Below, piece by piece: positions 24,912 to 37,236 of a stretch of DNA of 64,000 bases. Every line of letters starts with the position of its first letter. Position 1 is the first letter of the stretch. The stretch lies in the NCBI GenBank assembly GCA_951406725.2, contig OX597827.1:58218001-58282000 (forward strand), in the 5' to 3' direction. Made by a program: the position numbers and the translations under genes. The notes below the pieces were generated by a model. The model did not search any database and was not told the origin of the DNA. It was given only the letters and a program-made list of their open reading frames with translations. The DNA is from Octopus vulgaris. Lineage: Eukaryota.

Positions 24912-25984
24912 TATATATGTATATATATATAAAACATTTTCATCATGCTAAACTGTTAATCCCTACTCAATTTTTTGTCTTTTTTTTCCCTTTCAATCCT
25001 TTCTGTCCCAGAACATAGGCTCAAAATGTCAAAGACCTTTCCACTCTTCCCAAGTGTCAAGCTTAAACTTGTTTCTTGTTCCTCCACCTGTCTTCATCTT
25101 TTGATACTTTTAAGCGAGTTGGTTTTAAACACTTGATTTGCTTGTAGAAATCATTTTGTTTGTTTTTAGATTTTAAATTGAAATCATGTGGATAATCTCC
25201 ACTACTGAAGTTTTTTCAACTCAGAATAGTTTATGTGTGACGCCGTATCATATTTCGTGTGTGCATGTTTACTTTAATTTGGCTGATTTAAAAATATAGT
25301 TATGTTGGATATTGCTGATTTTATGAAATCATATGCTGTTTGTGATTTGAAAAAAGAATATACACTTGAATAGCAAAAATTTGTTTTAATTATTGAATTT
25401 TAGTTTTGAGAAGGTTTAACAAGAATTTTTTTTTTTGTGAATTCTAAAAAGAAAAAACAGGAGAGTTAATAGATGCAAGACTGAGTTAATTTAAATCAAT
25501 TGTTTTGTAAATAGATTGCGCTCTAATCAAACTAACTTACAATCAAAAGACATTCCAAGCATGACCATCTTCTTAATTTTTTTCCTAGCCACACTCTCTA
25601 TCTTTATATCATTTGATGTGCACTTCTTTATATTTTAAGATGGTTGGGTGTGATTTGAGTGAGATTTGACTACTGCTTCTAGCAAAACAAGTAACTCTGG
25701 AGATTGAAAAAAGAAATTTGTTATATATTCTACATTGTAAGGAGAGGAGACTAAAGATATATATGCAATTTTATCAATTGTTGAAGTACTGTAGTATGAT
25801 TCAGTGTTGATATATATCTTGCTGCACTTCGCCTTTGATAAAAAAACAATGGTGACATTCACATCTATTTAATTAGGTACTGTGAGGTGGGTTCCAAAAT
25901 CTCACTACTGTATGAAAAAAAAAAAAAGTGCTTTGTTATCTTGCAACACTGGACTGGATTATTACTGTTATATTTGAGATATAT

Positions 25985-26350
25985 AAGGCAGTGAGCTAGC
26001 AGAATCATTAGCACGCTGGACGAAATATTTCATCTGCCACTACGTTCTGGAGTCGATACATTAAGTACCAGTTACGCACTGGGGTCAGTGTAATCGACTT
26101 AATCTCTTTGTCTGTCCTTGTTTGTCCCTTCTATGTTTAGCCTCTTGTAGGCAATAAAGAAATAAGAATCGTTGGCATGCCAGGATAGCTCCACAGCATT
26201 TACGTTCTGAGTTCAAGCTCTGCCAAGGTTGATTTTACCTTTCATCCTTTTGGGGTTGATAAAATAAGTACCAGTTGAATACTGGGAGCAATGTAATTGA
26301 CTTATCCCCTACCTCAAAATTCTTGACCTTGTGCCAAAATTTGAAATCAT
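25985..26350 (+). mobile_element. Tandem SINE-A copies
   Basis: Two successive family bodies. Confidence 0.75.
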
Positions 26351-26487
26351 TCTTTGAGCTACATAATATTGTATAGCTCAAACAATTATTTTCAAAAATT
26401 ATGGTAAATTAATATAGATCTCCATGTTGGTACATATAATATATTCAGTAAATTTGTTTACAATTATATTTCCATTATATATAATTT

Positions 26488-26709
26488 AAACCTTTCATTA
26501 CCATATTCCTGTTGAAATACACTACTTTTGTTTCAATTCATTTTGAAATTAATGAAGAATTTAGTAAAATAACTTTGTCATTGTTAAACTAGTGTTTGGA
26601 ACATAATTCATTGTGGAATTTTAATGGAAGGTTTTAATGTGGGTTACTCTAAAACAGGAAGTTAGTATTATAGAACTAGGCAGAAGCAGTCTGAGGTGTG
26701 TTGGTTTTA
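26488..26709. mobile_element. piggyBac-type MITE family P2, degenerate
   Basis: Shares gaatttagtaaaataactttgtc...ctagtgtttggaacataa with 6376-6606 and 35237-35676. Confidence 0.6.
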
Positions 26710-27446
26710 AGAGAGAGCCCGATGAGAAAACAAATAGAAGAAAAACCAACATGCTGCATAGTGTAACTTCGCCACCTGGCCCTTGGTTCTGTTCATTCTG
26801 TTGAAAGCTCTTAGACCAGACCCCTATTCCCTCCACACTCTATATTTTTCCTGTATATATTTTATTTGCAGATGTTCAAGCTGGTATCAGCTGCATTAAT
26901 TTCACCAGTCTGGGTGGGTCTGCACACTTCATGAACATTACACCTCATCAACATCTAACTTATATAAAAAAAAAAAAAAGATTTGAGTTTGTATTTTTAT
27001 CATGTTTTGATTTCTTTTTTTTTTTATATGGCTTGCATTTAAAGTATTAAACCCTTTTTTTCAGTTACTGTAATTAATGTATTAGTATAACCTTGTTTTC
27101 TTTTTTCACTAACTGTGTTATTTATAATTTATTTTTTTGGAACAGTGGATCTCAAAGCAAATAAACCTATAAATAAAAGTGTGTAAATATTAGACAAAAA
27201 ATAACCCCTTTGGATAGAAAAAAAAAGATGCCCATGTGACTTGAACCCACATCTTCTATAAACACGACAGGCATTTTATCACGGGATCAAAGCAATCCTT
27301 TGAATTTCTCTAAACATTTTAGAAACTTTATTCTTCCCAGGGAGGATTGCCTGTTGTTTGTCGTATTTATAGTTTCTGTGAATGATAAATGCTGTATTCA
27401 TGAATAATTGTGGTTTTGATGGAATTTCTGTTTGTTTGTTTTGTAG

Positions 27447-27531
27447 ACTTTGGCTGTCACAGATGATACTGTACTTGAAGCACATAATGAAGATCCGGCC
27501 CTTATACAGATGCGTTTGATTGATGATGGAG
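27447..27531 (+). CDS. Internal coding exon of an unidentified gene: TLAVTDDTVLEAHNEDPALIQMRLIDDG(G)
   Basis: Acceptor ttctgtttgtttgttttgtag; donor G|gtaaac; 85 nt; only frame 0 is open; GC higher than the flanks; protein-like composition; repeat-free flanks. Confidence 0.75.
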
Positions 27532-28316
27532 GTAAACTAAATTGTTTTGGGGTTTTTTATTTGTCTTTTTAAATGTTCCCATCTCTCTCTCTCTCTCTGA
27601 TGTTGAACTATTTAACATTGATACATAGATAATTTGAATTTACTTTTTACAGCTCTGTAAAATAGACAAATTGCAATTACAGCACTTAATACAGTTACAA
27701 TACTCAATTAAATTCACATTTCTCCCATCCTGGTTAAGCTATTTGCAGGAGAAAAATCTTCATGTTTGAGTACAATGGATGTCTAACTATAAAAATAAAA
27801 TGAGTATCATCATCATCATTTAATGACCATTCTTCATGCTGGCATCAGTTGGATGGTTCAACAGGAGCTGGCAAGCCAGATGGCTGCACCAGGCACCAGT
27901 CATCTGTTTTGGCATGGTTCCTATGGGTGGATGCCCTTCCTAACACCAACCTCTTTATAGAGTGCACTGGGTGACTTTTACAGGGCACTGGTATGGGTGC
28001 TTCTACCATGGTGTTAGCATGGCACTGGCATGGGTGCTTTTGATGTGGTGACAATGGAAATGCATCCCTTGTCTATGAGCTGCAAAAAAATATTGGCCAA
28101 ATGTCATCTTAGCATTTTAGGAGGAAAAAAAGAAAGATGTTAGATGATGTAGTTCTGAGTCCTCCATAGCTAATGCATCTGAACAACAATAGCAGCTATT
28201 CAAATATGACAAGTATAGGCACAAAATGTCTGTAGTTCAGTTTGCTTCTCAACCACCTGGTCGTGTGGCACCTTAGGCAAGTATCTTCTACGGTGGTCCC
28301 AAGTTGATCAGCACCA

Positions 28317-28700
28317 TTGTATGGCTGTGTGGTAAGTAGCTTTCTTACAAATCACATGGTTCCGGGTCCAGTCCCACTGCATGGCACCTTGGGCAAGTGT
28401 CTTCTACCATAGCCTCGGGCTGACCAAAGCCTTGTGAGTGGATTTGGTAGACGGAAACTGAAATAAGCCCATCGTATATATGTATGTGTATCTGTGTTTG
28501 TCCCCCCCCCCAGCATCACTTGACAACCGATGCTGGTGTGTTTACATCCCTGTAACTTAGCGGTTCAGCAAAAGAGACCGATAGAATAAGTACTAGGCTT
28601 ACAAAGAATAAGTCCTGGGGTTGATTTGCTCAAGTAAAGGTGGTGCTCCAGCATGGCCACAGTCAAATGACTAAAACAAGTAAAAGAGCAAAAAAGAGAG
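28317..28700 (+). mobile_element. SINE-B, near full length
   Basis: Close match to the reverse complement of 17168-17626. Confidence 0.88.
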
Positions 28701-30634
28701 AGTATATATATGTGTGTGTGTGTGTGTGTATTTCTTTGTCTTGACATTGTTGTAAATTAGTGTCACTGTCATACAAGCATTTAAATTCATTTCCAAAATT
28801 TTTTGTGAGAACATAAAGCAGCAAGCTGGCAGAATCGTTAGCACATCAGGCAAAATGCTTAACTGCATCTTGTCCATTCTAATGCTACCAGGATTGACTT
28901 TGCCTTTCATCCCTTCAGGGTCAATAAAATAAATACCAGTTGAGTATAGGAGTTGATGTAATCAACTTACCCCATCCACCAAACTTGCTGGCTTTGTGCT
29001 AAAATTTGAAACAAATGCTTTGTGAGAACATGCCTAACCATGGGGAAATATTACCTCGTTTGAAAACAGGTGAAAGTAGGGCATCCAGCCATAGGATATT
29101 TGCTTCAATAAACTCTATCTGACTTATTCAAGCATGGAAAAGTGAATAATAAACAATGATGGCAATGATAAAATGGTATTTCTTTGACAGTGATGCTGGT
29201 AATTTTGCTGGATGCTACAGGATTGAGATCAAACTAGGCCATTTGTGGTTTATTGCGCTATCATTTCATCAGTGACATAATCTTTGGATTTTTTTTTTTC
29301 CCTTCTTTCCAACATTCTTTATTATAACAGCAGTTAATTCACTCCAGTCCAGGCGTTTTAATAGCAGCTATTTGTATTCATAGGAAAAAAAATGTTTCTT
29401 TCAAAAATATGAGAAAAATAAGTTTTAAGGAAACAAAATCCTTTTAACTTTGTTGAATTTTTTTCTTTCTTGTGTACCACTTACTACATTACATTTGAGC
29501 ACATTTGCAATTTTGGTGACTATTGTTACTTTGCTGATGACTTTTGCACAGCAGATCTGAGAGTGTTTGGTAGAAATGAAGGAATAATTTTGCAAAAATG
29601 AAAGCACTTTATTTGGTTGAAATTAGATACATGACATTGGTTTAGCCTCACAAAATATAATTTAGTCAATGTTATTCTTTTACACAATTTACTACATCTA
29701 AATTGTTAAGTGTATGAAGAAAACTCACTTGAAAGAAAATCTTTTTTTTTTTTTTTTTATATTTGCAACGAATCTCTGTCAATATTAACTGCATAATTAA
29801 GATAACACTTCATTAAAAGTTGTTGCTGAATTTCGATTCTTTGGATATTTGCTAATTAGTTCCTCTGTTGTAAGCATTTGGGTCAGGTCGCTGGTTTGAG
29901 GATAGCTCCTGCCTTTCCACCAATTTTGATGGTCCTGCAAAAGAATCACGGGCACTGCTTTTCTTCTTGATGAAAAGATAGAAAAAGTTCATTTATTATC
30001 GTCTTTTCTTTTCATTATGTCTTTATTTCATTTTTTATCATTATTATTATTATTATTATTGACTAGCTGGCAGAATTGTATGCATGGCAGGCAAAATGTT
30101 TAGTGGCATTTTGTCTGTCTTTACATTCTAAATTCAAGTGCCGCCGCAGGTTGACTTTGCCCTTCATCCCTTTTGGGGTTGATAAATAAGTACCAGTAGA
30201 GCAATCGGGTTAATGTAATCAACTTACACCCTCCCCTGAAATTTCTGGCTTTGTCCTCAAATTTGAAACGATTATTATTATCACCACCACCATGAACTAT
30301 AAGCTAAAATCTATTTATCAGTGCATTCATCAGTATCAGTGAATTGTATTCTCTCTCAGAACAGTCAGACATTCAGAGCAGAAGGAATGTTATCCAAGAT
30401 TATGTGTACTAGTAAGGAAACAAGATTTTCTGCATTCACTTGATGCAGTTTTTTTAAATATACAATTATTGCCTGTTTGTTTCCTCTAACATATATTATT
30501 TACTTAACAATGATCTCCAAGAAACTGAGATAATTATAGTAGCACTTGTTTTTGTGCTTATATATTTTTAAAATATATTCTGTACTTCTTTTTCTACTTT
30601 TCCTCTTATTTTCATAATGTTGCTAAGTATCTCT

Positions 30635-30960
30635 ACATTCATTCATCTTTTCTGCCCACTATTCTTGGGAGTTGTTGTGAGAGTAGAGTCGTCTAGCATC
30701 TCCGTAGGATCCTATCAGAAGCAACCACATCTCCTGCTGGATTCTCAAGCACAGCCAACTGTGACTACAGATATTATATAACCATCTTGATCTTGATGTA
30801 CCCCTAGGTCTCCTGCTGCTTGGCTCAGCATGAAGAATTCATCTTGCAATTCTTTCCTGTGATTATACAAGTTAATATTATGAGAGCTGTGACCTCATTG
30901 GATACTGTTCAACAGGTACACTTGTCCACCTGTTGTCTCTGTGCCTTGTGATATTTCTGG
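30635..30960 (-). mobile_element. Old RTE-type LINE 3' remnant
   Basis: Minus translation ERIAR*ILHAEPSSRRPRGTSRSRWLYN matches the RTE C-terminal KRPRGRP.RW motif; (gaat)n tail; in-frame stops. Confidence 0.65.
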
Positions 30961-31364
30961 CCTAGCAGAACTTGTGGTTTTGGTTTTCAATCAACATAAT
31001 TTAATATCTGTAATAAATCATATTAAAATAGCTGTTGCAAAGCATTCCGGAAAATCTAACTAGCTTGACATTCAAATTCCATGCAGCAAGCCAATGAGGA
31101 AGCTTCTATGCTAGAAATAGCAATCAGATTTTCCTTAAACCAAACCTTGTCTTAAACAAGCATACATTAAGCAATATAGTCCTGGTATATGAAAAGATGG
31201 ACTGGTTGCAAATTGAACACCTTTGATTGATAAGTCTAATCAATGAGGCCTGATCTGACAATAGTAACAGCCATCAAATTAGTTTTTGTAAATGTTTCAT
31301 TAGTAATGTTGCATTTCTGATCCTCTTGCCTTGTTGGACAAGTCTGATGTAAGCGTATGAGGTA

Positions 31365-31451
31365 TGTAGTAGTGGTAGTAGTAGTGATGGTGGTGGTGGT
31401 GGTAGTAGTAGTAGTAGTAGTGGTGGTGGTGGTGGTGGTGGTAGTAGTAGT
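31365..31451. repeat. (GTA)n/(GTG)n trinucleotide repeat
   Basis: Direct reading; explains the poly-V/poly-T pseudo-ORFs. Confidence 0.95.
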
Positions 31452-32862
31452 CAATAAATGGAACAAAAACACATTTAGTACTGCAAGGTTGAGTGTGAAG
31501 CTATTTGAGGTTTTGTGGATGGGAAATGAAAAGAGCTACATTGTTAAACAGTTCTTTGTTAAAGTGACTTTGTTTCCCACAAGAGGTTAAGTTGGTTTAT
31601 CTAATTTAAATTTATGTTCATCTGCAAGAGTCTGTCTGATTACTTGTACATTGCAAGTAATTTTATAAGCGTAATCTAATTACAGTTTTATCATACTGTA
31701 ATGAATATTAATTCACTGATATTCATTAGTTTGAGATGTGTGTTTTGATCAGAAGCCAAGGTGACTGTCACTGAAACTGATATGCTTATAAATAAATTTA
31801 CTTATATAACAATATAACATACTTACTTACTATATAACGTTTTATTCTGTTGAGAAATGTGGAGCAGGAAGCTACCAAGTACTGCTAAAAAGAAAAACAA
31901 TGTTTTTAGTTGTTTTCATTTTGTTCTTCAGTTTTGCTTTAGATTTTTTTCCTCCTATTATAGCTGTTACACCATAAACAAAACTGATTTAATATCATAA
32001 CAAAAAAGCAAAGTGGATCAATCATGTACAGTACTGTTATCCATATAAATTATGTTTGTCAGTTTGTCTTAGGAGTGATTTATCAAATCTGTCAACTGCT
32101 GGACTTGAGCAGTTCCTACATAATTTTCTATTTTTGTGATGGTAAACATTATTTTCAAACAATATAAGTGACTATTAACTCTCTACACGGAATTTTATTT
32201 GTGCCCTTTTTTCTTTTTCTTTTTTTCCTTTTTTTGTTGTTGTTGTTTTTGTTTTTAGTTTGTTCACCTCAAAAAGCTGCATTGAATTAATTTGCATTCA
32301 TGTAAGCTCAGATAAAAATAGTTGTTCAAATGTTATCAGTCATGCCAATCTTAGCCAGCCAGTAGCTTTTGATTTTTTTTTCTTTTCTTCTTTTTAACTT
32401 TTACTACCTTGTGAAGTTGCACTTAGTCATAGTTTTTCATTGATATCAAGTAAGATAGTGCATTTCAAGATCAACAGTTATTTTTCTTTTTTTTCTATTT
32501 TTTTTTTCCACATTTTTTTTTTATCTCACAAAAACATGGTTTAGAAAAGTCAATATAATGAATACGTTCTGCTATATCGTTATTTTCCTATGAAAAAGTT
32601 ATTTGCCTACCTTATTGTGTGTATCGAGTGTACAACTCATGGCATAACTTTAGCAACAGTTGTTTTTGTTGTGGGTTGTGTTTTTTTTAATTTTTGTTTT
32701 CTTGGTAGACTAACATAATTTATATGGTAACAACACTTTGCTCCTTTGTTATTATATTAACTCGGCTTTGTTTATGGTGTTCAGTCTGTACAGTTTTACA
32801 TTGCTTTTCACTTATATGGAAGTTATAATCCTTTGTTACACATGCTTTGTCTTTACCTCCAG

Positions 32863-32962
32863 CATATTTGTATGTGTTAAAGTGGTTCAAACTGCGACAC
32901 AGTCAGTTAATAAATCTTCTTGTTATGGGGGGAACAGAGTTGATTGCGTACATTGATCTCAG
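32863..32962 (+). CDS. Candidate exon (A)YLYVLKWFKLRHSQLINLLVMGGTELIAYIDL(R/S), or alternative first exon starting MGGTEL
   Basis: Strong acceptor ctttgtctttacctccag and donor CAG|gtgagg. The single open frame starts in phase 1, matching the phase-1 end of exon 27447-27531. Confidence 0.4.
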
Positions 32963-33041
32963 GTGAGGAATAATGCTGTCTCACATAACTTAGGTCATAC
33001 ACAGCATTGACTGTAAATGCATGACAAACAAAACTAGAAGC

Positions 33042-33942
33042 TTAAACCTTTTGATACCAACCTACTTGTGACTGCCCCAAGTTCTACGACATAAACTTAC
33101 TGTTTTAACCCTTTTGTTACTGTATTTATTTTGAGATGCTCTGTGTTTCTTTCAATTACTTTAAAATATAACAAAAAATTTAGTAAAATAACTTAGATAT
33201 ATATATATGTGTGTGTGCGTGTATGTTTGTGTGTCTGTGTTTGACCCCCTAGCATTACTTGACAACCGATGCTGGTGTGCTTATGTCCCTGTTACTTAGC
33301 GGTTCGGCAAAAGAGACCAATAGAATAAGTACTGGGCTTACAAAGAATAAGTCCCGGGGTTGAGTTGCTCGATTAAAGGCAGTGCTCCAGCATGGCTGCA
33401 GTCAAATGACTGAAACAAGTAAAAGAGAGTAAAGAGTTATCATTAAGCTAGTGTTAGGAACATAAATTGTGACTAAGGTTTGGTGGAAGATTTTAATTCA
33501 GAACTTTTGAAAACAAGACATTTGTACCTCAGAGCCAGAGCTGGTTTCAGCCAAGTTGGTAACGGAAGGGTTAAAGTGGTCTAAGTTATAGTCTTCCATC
33601 AAAATTTTATGCTAAATTGTTCCAGACTCCAGCTTAATAATTAGAGTTATTTTACTAAATTCTTCATTACCTAAAAATTTCATTGTAACAAAGGCAGCAT
33701 ATGTTAACAAAAGGGTTAACCCTTTAGCATTTAAGCCGGCCATTTCCAGCCCTAATATTCTTCTTGCTTTTATGTTCAAACTGGCTCTATCCGGCCTCTC
33801 ACACCTACCCTACAAGGTTATTCCGACATTAAGCAATTACATCATTGAAATCTCAGAACCACAAAATAATGCCAGATTAATTAGAAACAATATGAATAAA
33901 TAAGCATTACATTTGACAGTTATCTGAATGCTAAAGGTTTAA
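33042..33942. mobile_element. Nested piggyBac-type MITE cluster plus SINE-B fragment
   Basis: TTAA junctions at 33042, 33105, 33571, 33716 and 33939; SINE-B second module at ~33197-33436. Confidence 0.8.
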
Positions 33943-35236
33943 AGATATGAATGAACTTCAGCACTGCAGAGCTCAGAAAGAACTACTTTGAAGTATCTTT
34001 TGTAAGAAATTAATAATGGTTTCTAATTTAGACACAAGGTTAGTAATTTTGAGGAGTAGGTGAGTAATCAATACCAATGACTTCATTACTTGACTGTTAC
34101 TTATTTTTTTGACTCCAGAGGGGATGAATAGCAAAGTTGACCAAAACAGGATTTGATCTCAAAATGTAAAAATCTAGAACAAATTCAAGAATACATTTTT
34201 TTTCTCTGGTGCTCTTCTGATTTTGTCTGCTTTCTGTCTTTGTAAGAAATTAACAGTATGCTTGATGTAATATTTGGCAGTCATCTTTTGTCTGTGTTAA
34301 ATTAAATAGTTATGTGAGCAAACATGTTAAATAACATGACCTGTCTATCACGAATTGCTAGCATAATGTTTTATTTAGTTAGTTAACATTGCACCTTCAT
34401 TTTACTAGCGAGAAAGTGGGCAGGATAGAGAGTGTGTGTTTATAACATTTGGGTTGAGTGAAAATGTATAGGCACTTTATAACACGCAGCCTATATCATT
34501 ACATTCTTTGACCCATGTAAATAGGTGAACTAAATACGTCTTTCTGATTGTTGAGAAGAGAAAATGAAAATGTTAAAAGACTACAAGTTAGCAGCAGATA
34601 GCAATCAAAGTAGAATTACACTAAGAAAGATATAAAATATAAAAAAATTGGGTAGTTTGGGCTGGTTGCATGTAAGGAGTAAAACGAAAACAAAGAAACT
34701 AGTTAGAGAAAACAAATCCTGAAGTTCTACTACAACATCGTTGCAAAAATAAATATAAAACAAACCATGATGGTGTTGATAATGATGATGATCGTGTTGA
34801 GGTTTGAATTATTTGGTAGAGGATAAAGTTATTTTGGTGGCTTTTTTAACCTAAAGGGTTTGCTATTTTTTTTGTTTTTCTCTTTTCACCTTATTCTCCC
34901 AGGTCAGGATGTACACCTGTAACCTCTTGGGGGGTGTTGTAGCAAATGCCAACCTTAAATTATAGCTTTCAGATCACTCAGGGATTTTCTAAGATATTTC
35001 ATGGTAGCATATCTTGCTAATTATCTGATAAAGAATATTCAACTTGGCTGTTTAAGTGAATGAGGTGAACTTATTTTGCTTTCTGATTTTAGAGAATAAC
35101 ATTTTAGTAATGAAGCTATGCTAACATTGCTGGATAATGTTAGCTTTGAAATTGTAATTCACCTCTACTTTTGACTTTCACTTGATATCTTTAAACTTAG
35201 TTGTTATGTTGAAGTGGTATTTTCTAAATAGCTAAT

Positions 35237-35676
35237 TTAACCCTTTCGTTACCATATTTCTGTTGAAACACACCGCCTTTGTTTTAATTAATTTTGAAAA
35301 TAGCGAAGAATTTAGTCAAATAACTTTGTCAAACCAGGTGTTTGGAACATGATTTAACATGAAATTTTGATGAAAGACTTTTATTAAGATCATTTTAACC
35401 TTTTAGCATTCAGATTACTCTGTCAGATGTTATGCTTATTTATTCACACAGTTTTGGATTTATCATACATTATCTTGTAGCTTTGAGATTTCAATGATGT
35501 GACTATATTTTTACGACATTGTTAGGTATTGTGGGGAGCCAGATCTGTCTAATTTGAACATAAATAGAATATTTTGGCCTGATATGGCTGGCTTGAATAC
35601 TAAAGGGTGAAAACAAGCACTTTATATCACAAAACCAGGGCGGCAGTCTTGGGCAGGTTGGTTATCAAAAGTGTCA
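35237..35676. mobile_element. piggyBac-type MITE P2 with nested P1 (35395-35611)
   Basis: P1 starts at an internal TTAA of P2; P2 resumes after it. Confidence 0.75.
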
Positions 35677-36116
35677 AACCACTGATTGCAAACTGGTTAC
35701 TTTAAAATCCATGAATCTGTCAGTCAAATGAGTATATCAGCATCCAAAGTGGTTAAGATGCAAAATGATTGATTGATCTAAGTGCTAAAATGACCAATTG
35801 ATCAAACACTGCCATTACTTGTCAGACCGAATATCAATCAGTCTCTACTTGTGATAGTCAACAACATAGCTAAATGTTGCTACCTGCTTTCTTTTTTAGC
35901 ATTCAATCTAATTTGCAAGTGGGGGCCAGAGGGGGGAGCAACACTATGTGCTCCCTTCTCATATACACCCTGTAACCTGCACATAAAATCAAATGTAAAG
36001 AAAAATAAACACTAAATATGTTTGCACATATACATTCAATGAGCCATTTTTACAATTGTTGACTGTTACAAAATAAATGAATAAATAAAATCCTTAATTA
36101 GATAAACCATTGCTTT

Positions 36117-36346
36117 ATTAATCCTTTCGTTAACCAACCCAACTGAAACCGGCTCTGGCTCTGAGTACAAATGTCTTGTTTTCATAAGTTTTGAATTAAA
36201 ATCTTCTACCAAACCTTTGTCACAATTTATGTTCCTAAAACTAGCTGAATGATAACTAAGTTATTTTACTAAATTCTTTGTTATATTTGAAGTCATTTAA
36301 AGAAACACAGTGCATCTCAAAATAAATACAGTAACAAAAGGGTTAA
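36117..36346. mobile_element. piggyBac-type MITE family P2 (reverse orientation)
   Basis: ttaatcctttcgttaacc...gtaacaaaagggttaa. Confidence 0.8.
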
Positions 36347-36359
36347 TATTGTTATTAAC

Positions 36360-37236
36360 TAAGGTGGTAAGCTGACAGAATCATTAGCACGTCAGCCAAA
36401 ATGCTAAGTGGTATTTCATTCATCTTTATGTTCTGTGTTCAAATTCTGCTGGAGTTGATTCAATCAACTTAACCCCTCCCGCTACACTGCTGGCCTCTGG
36501 GCCAAAATTTGAAATCAGTATAGTCATCAAGTACTATTATCATTTTCTTTCTAATTTTGGCACAAGAGCAGCAATTTTGAGGGGAGGGAGGCAGTCTATT
36601 ATATCATTCCCAGTGCTTGACTGGTACTTCATTTTACTGTCCCCAAAAGGATAAAAAGCAAAGATGGCCTCAAGAGGAATTGAACTCAGAATGAATGTAA
36701 AGAGCTTTAAGAAATGCTACTAAGCATTTTTATCCAACATGCTAATGATTCTGCCAGGTCACTGCCTAGTAGTAGTAATAATAATAATAATCCTTTCTAC
36801 TATAGACACAAGGCCTGAAATTTGGGGGATGGGTATAATCGATTACATCAACCCCAGTGTTTCACTGGTACTTAATCCATCACCCCCGAAAGGATGAAAG
36901 GCAAAGCCGACCTCGGTGGAATTTGAACTCAGAACATAGCAGCAGACAAAATACGGCTACACATTTCGCCCGGCGTGCTAATGATTCTGCCAGCTTGCCG
37001 CCTAGTAATAATAATTATTATTATTTCAAGTTTTTGCCACATGGGCAGCTTGGTGGGAGGTGGGGATGAGTCAATTACATCAACTCCAGTGTTCAACTGG
37101 TACTTATTTTTATCAACTCCGAAAGGATGAAAGGCAAAGTCGACCATGGCAGTATTTGAACTCAGAATGTAGCAACAGATGAAGTAGCACTAAGCATTTC
37201 ACCTGGCATGCTAACAATTCTGCCAGCTTGCTGCCT
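36360..37236. mobile_element. Cluster of about four SINE-A copies (one +, three -)
   Basis: Repeated family bodies separated by (tag)n/(aat)n tails. Confidence 0.8.

Noticed and set aside
29796-29975. Minus-strand frame ILLQDHQNWWKGRSYPQ resembling an SH3 WW motif, after a ttttgcag acceptor
   Set aside because: There is no downstream G.FP.NYV motif, no donor before the stop, and it is antisense to the supported exon; likely chance.
31236-31590. Poly-Thr / poly-Val ORFs
   Set aside because: These come from a trinucleotide repeat.
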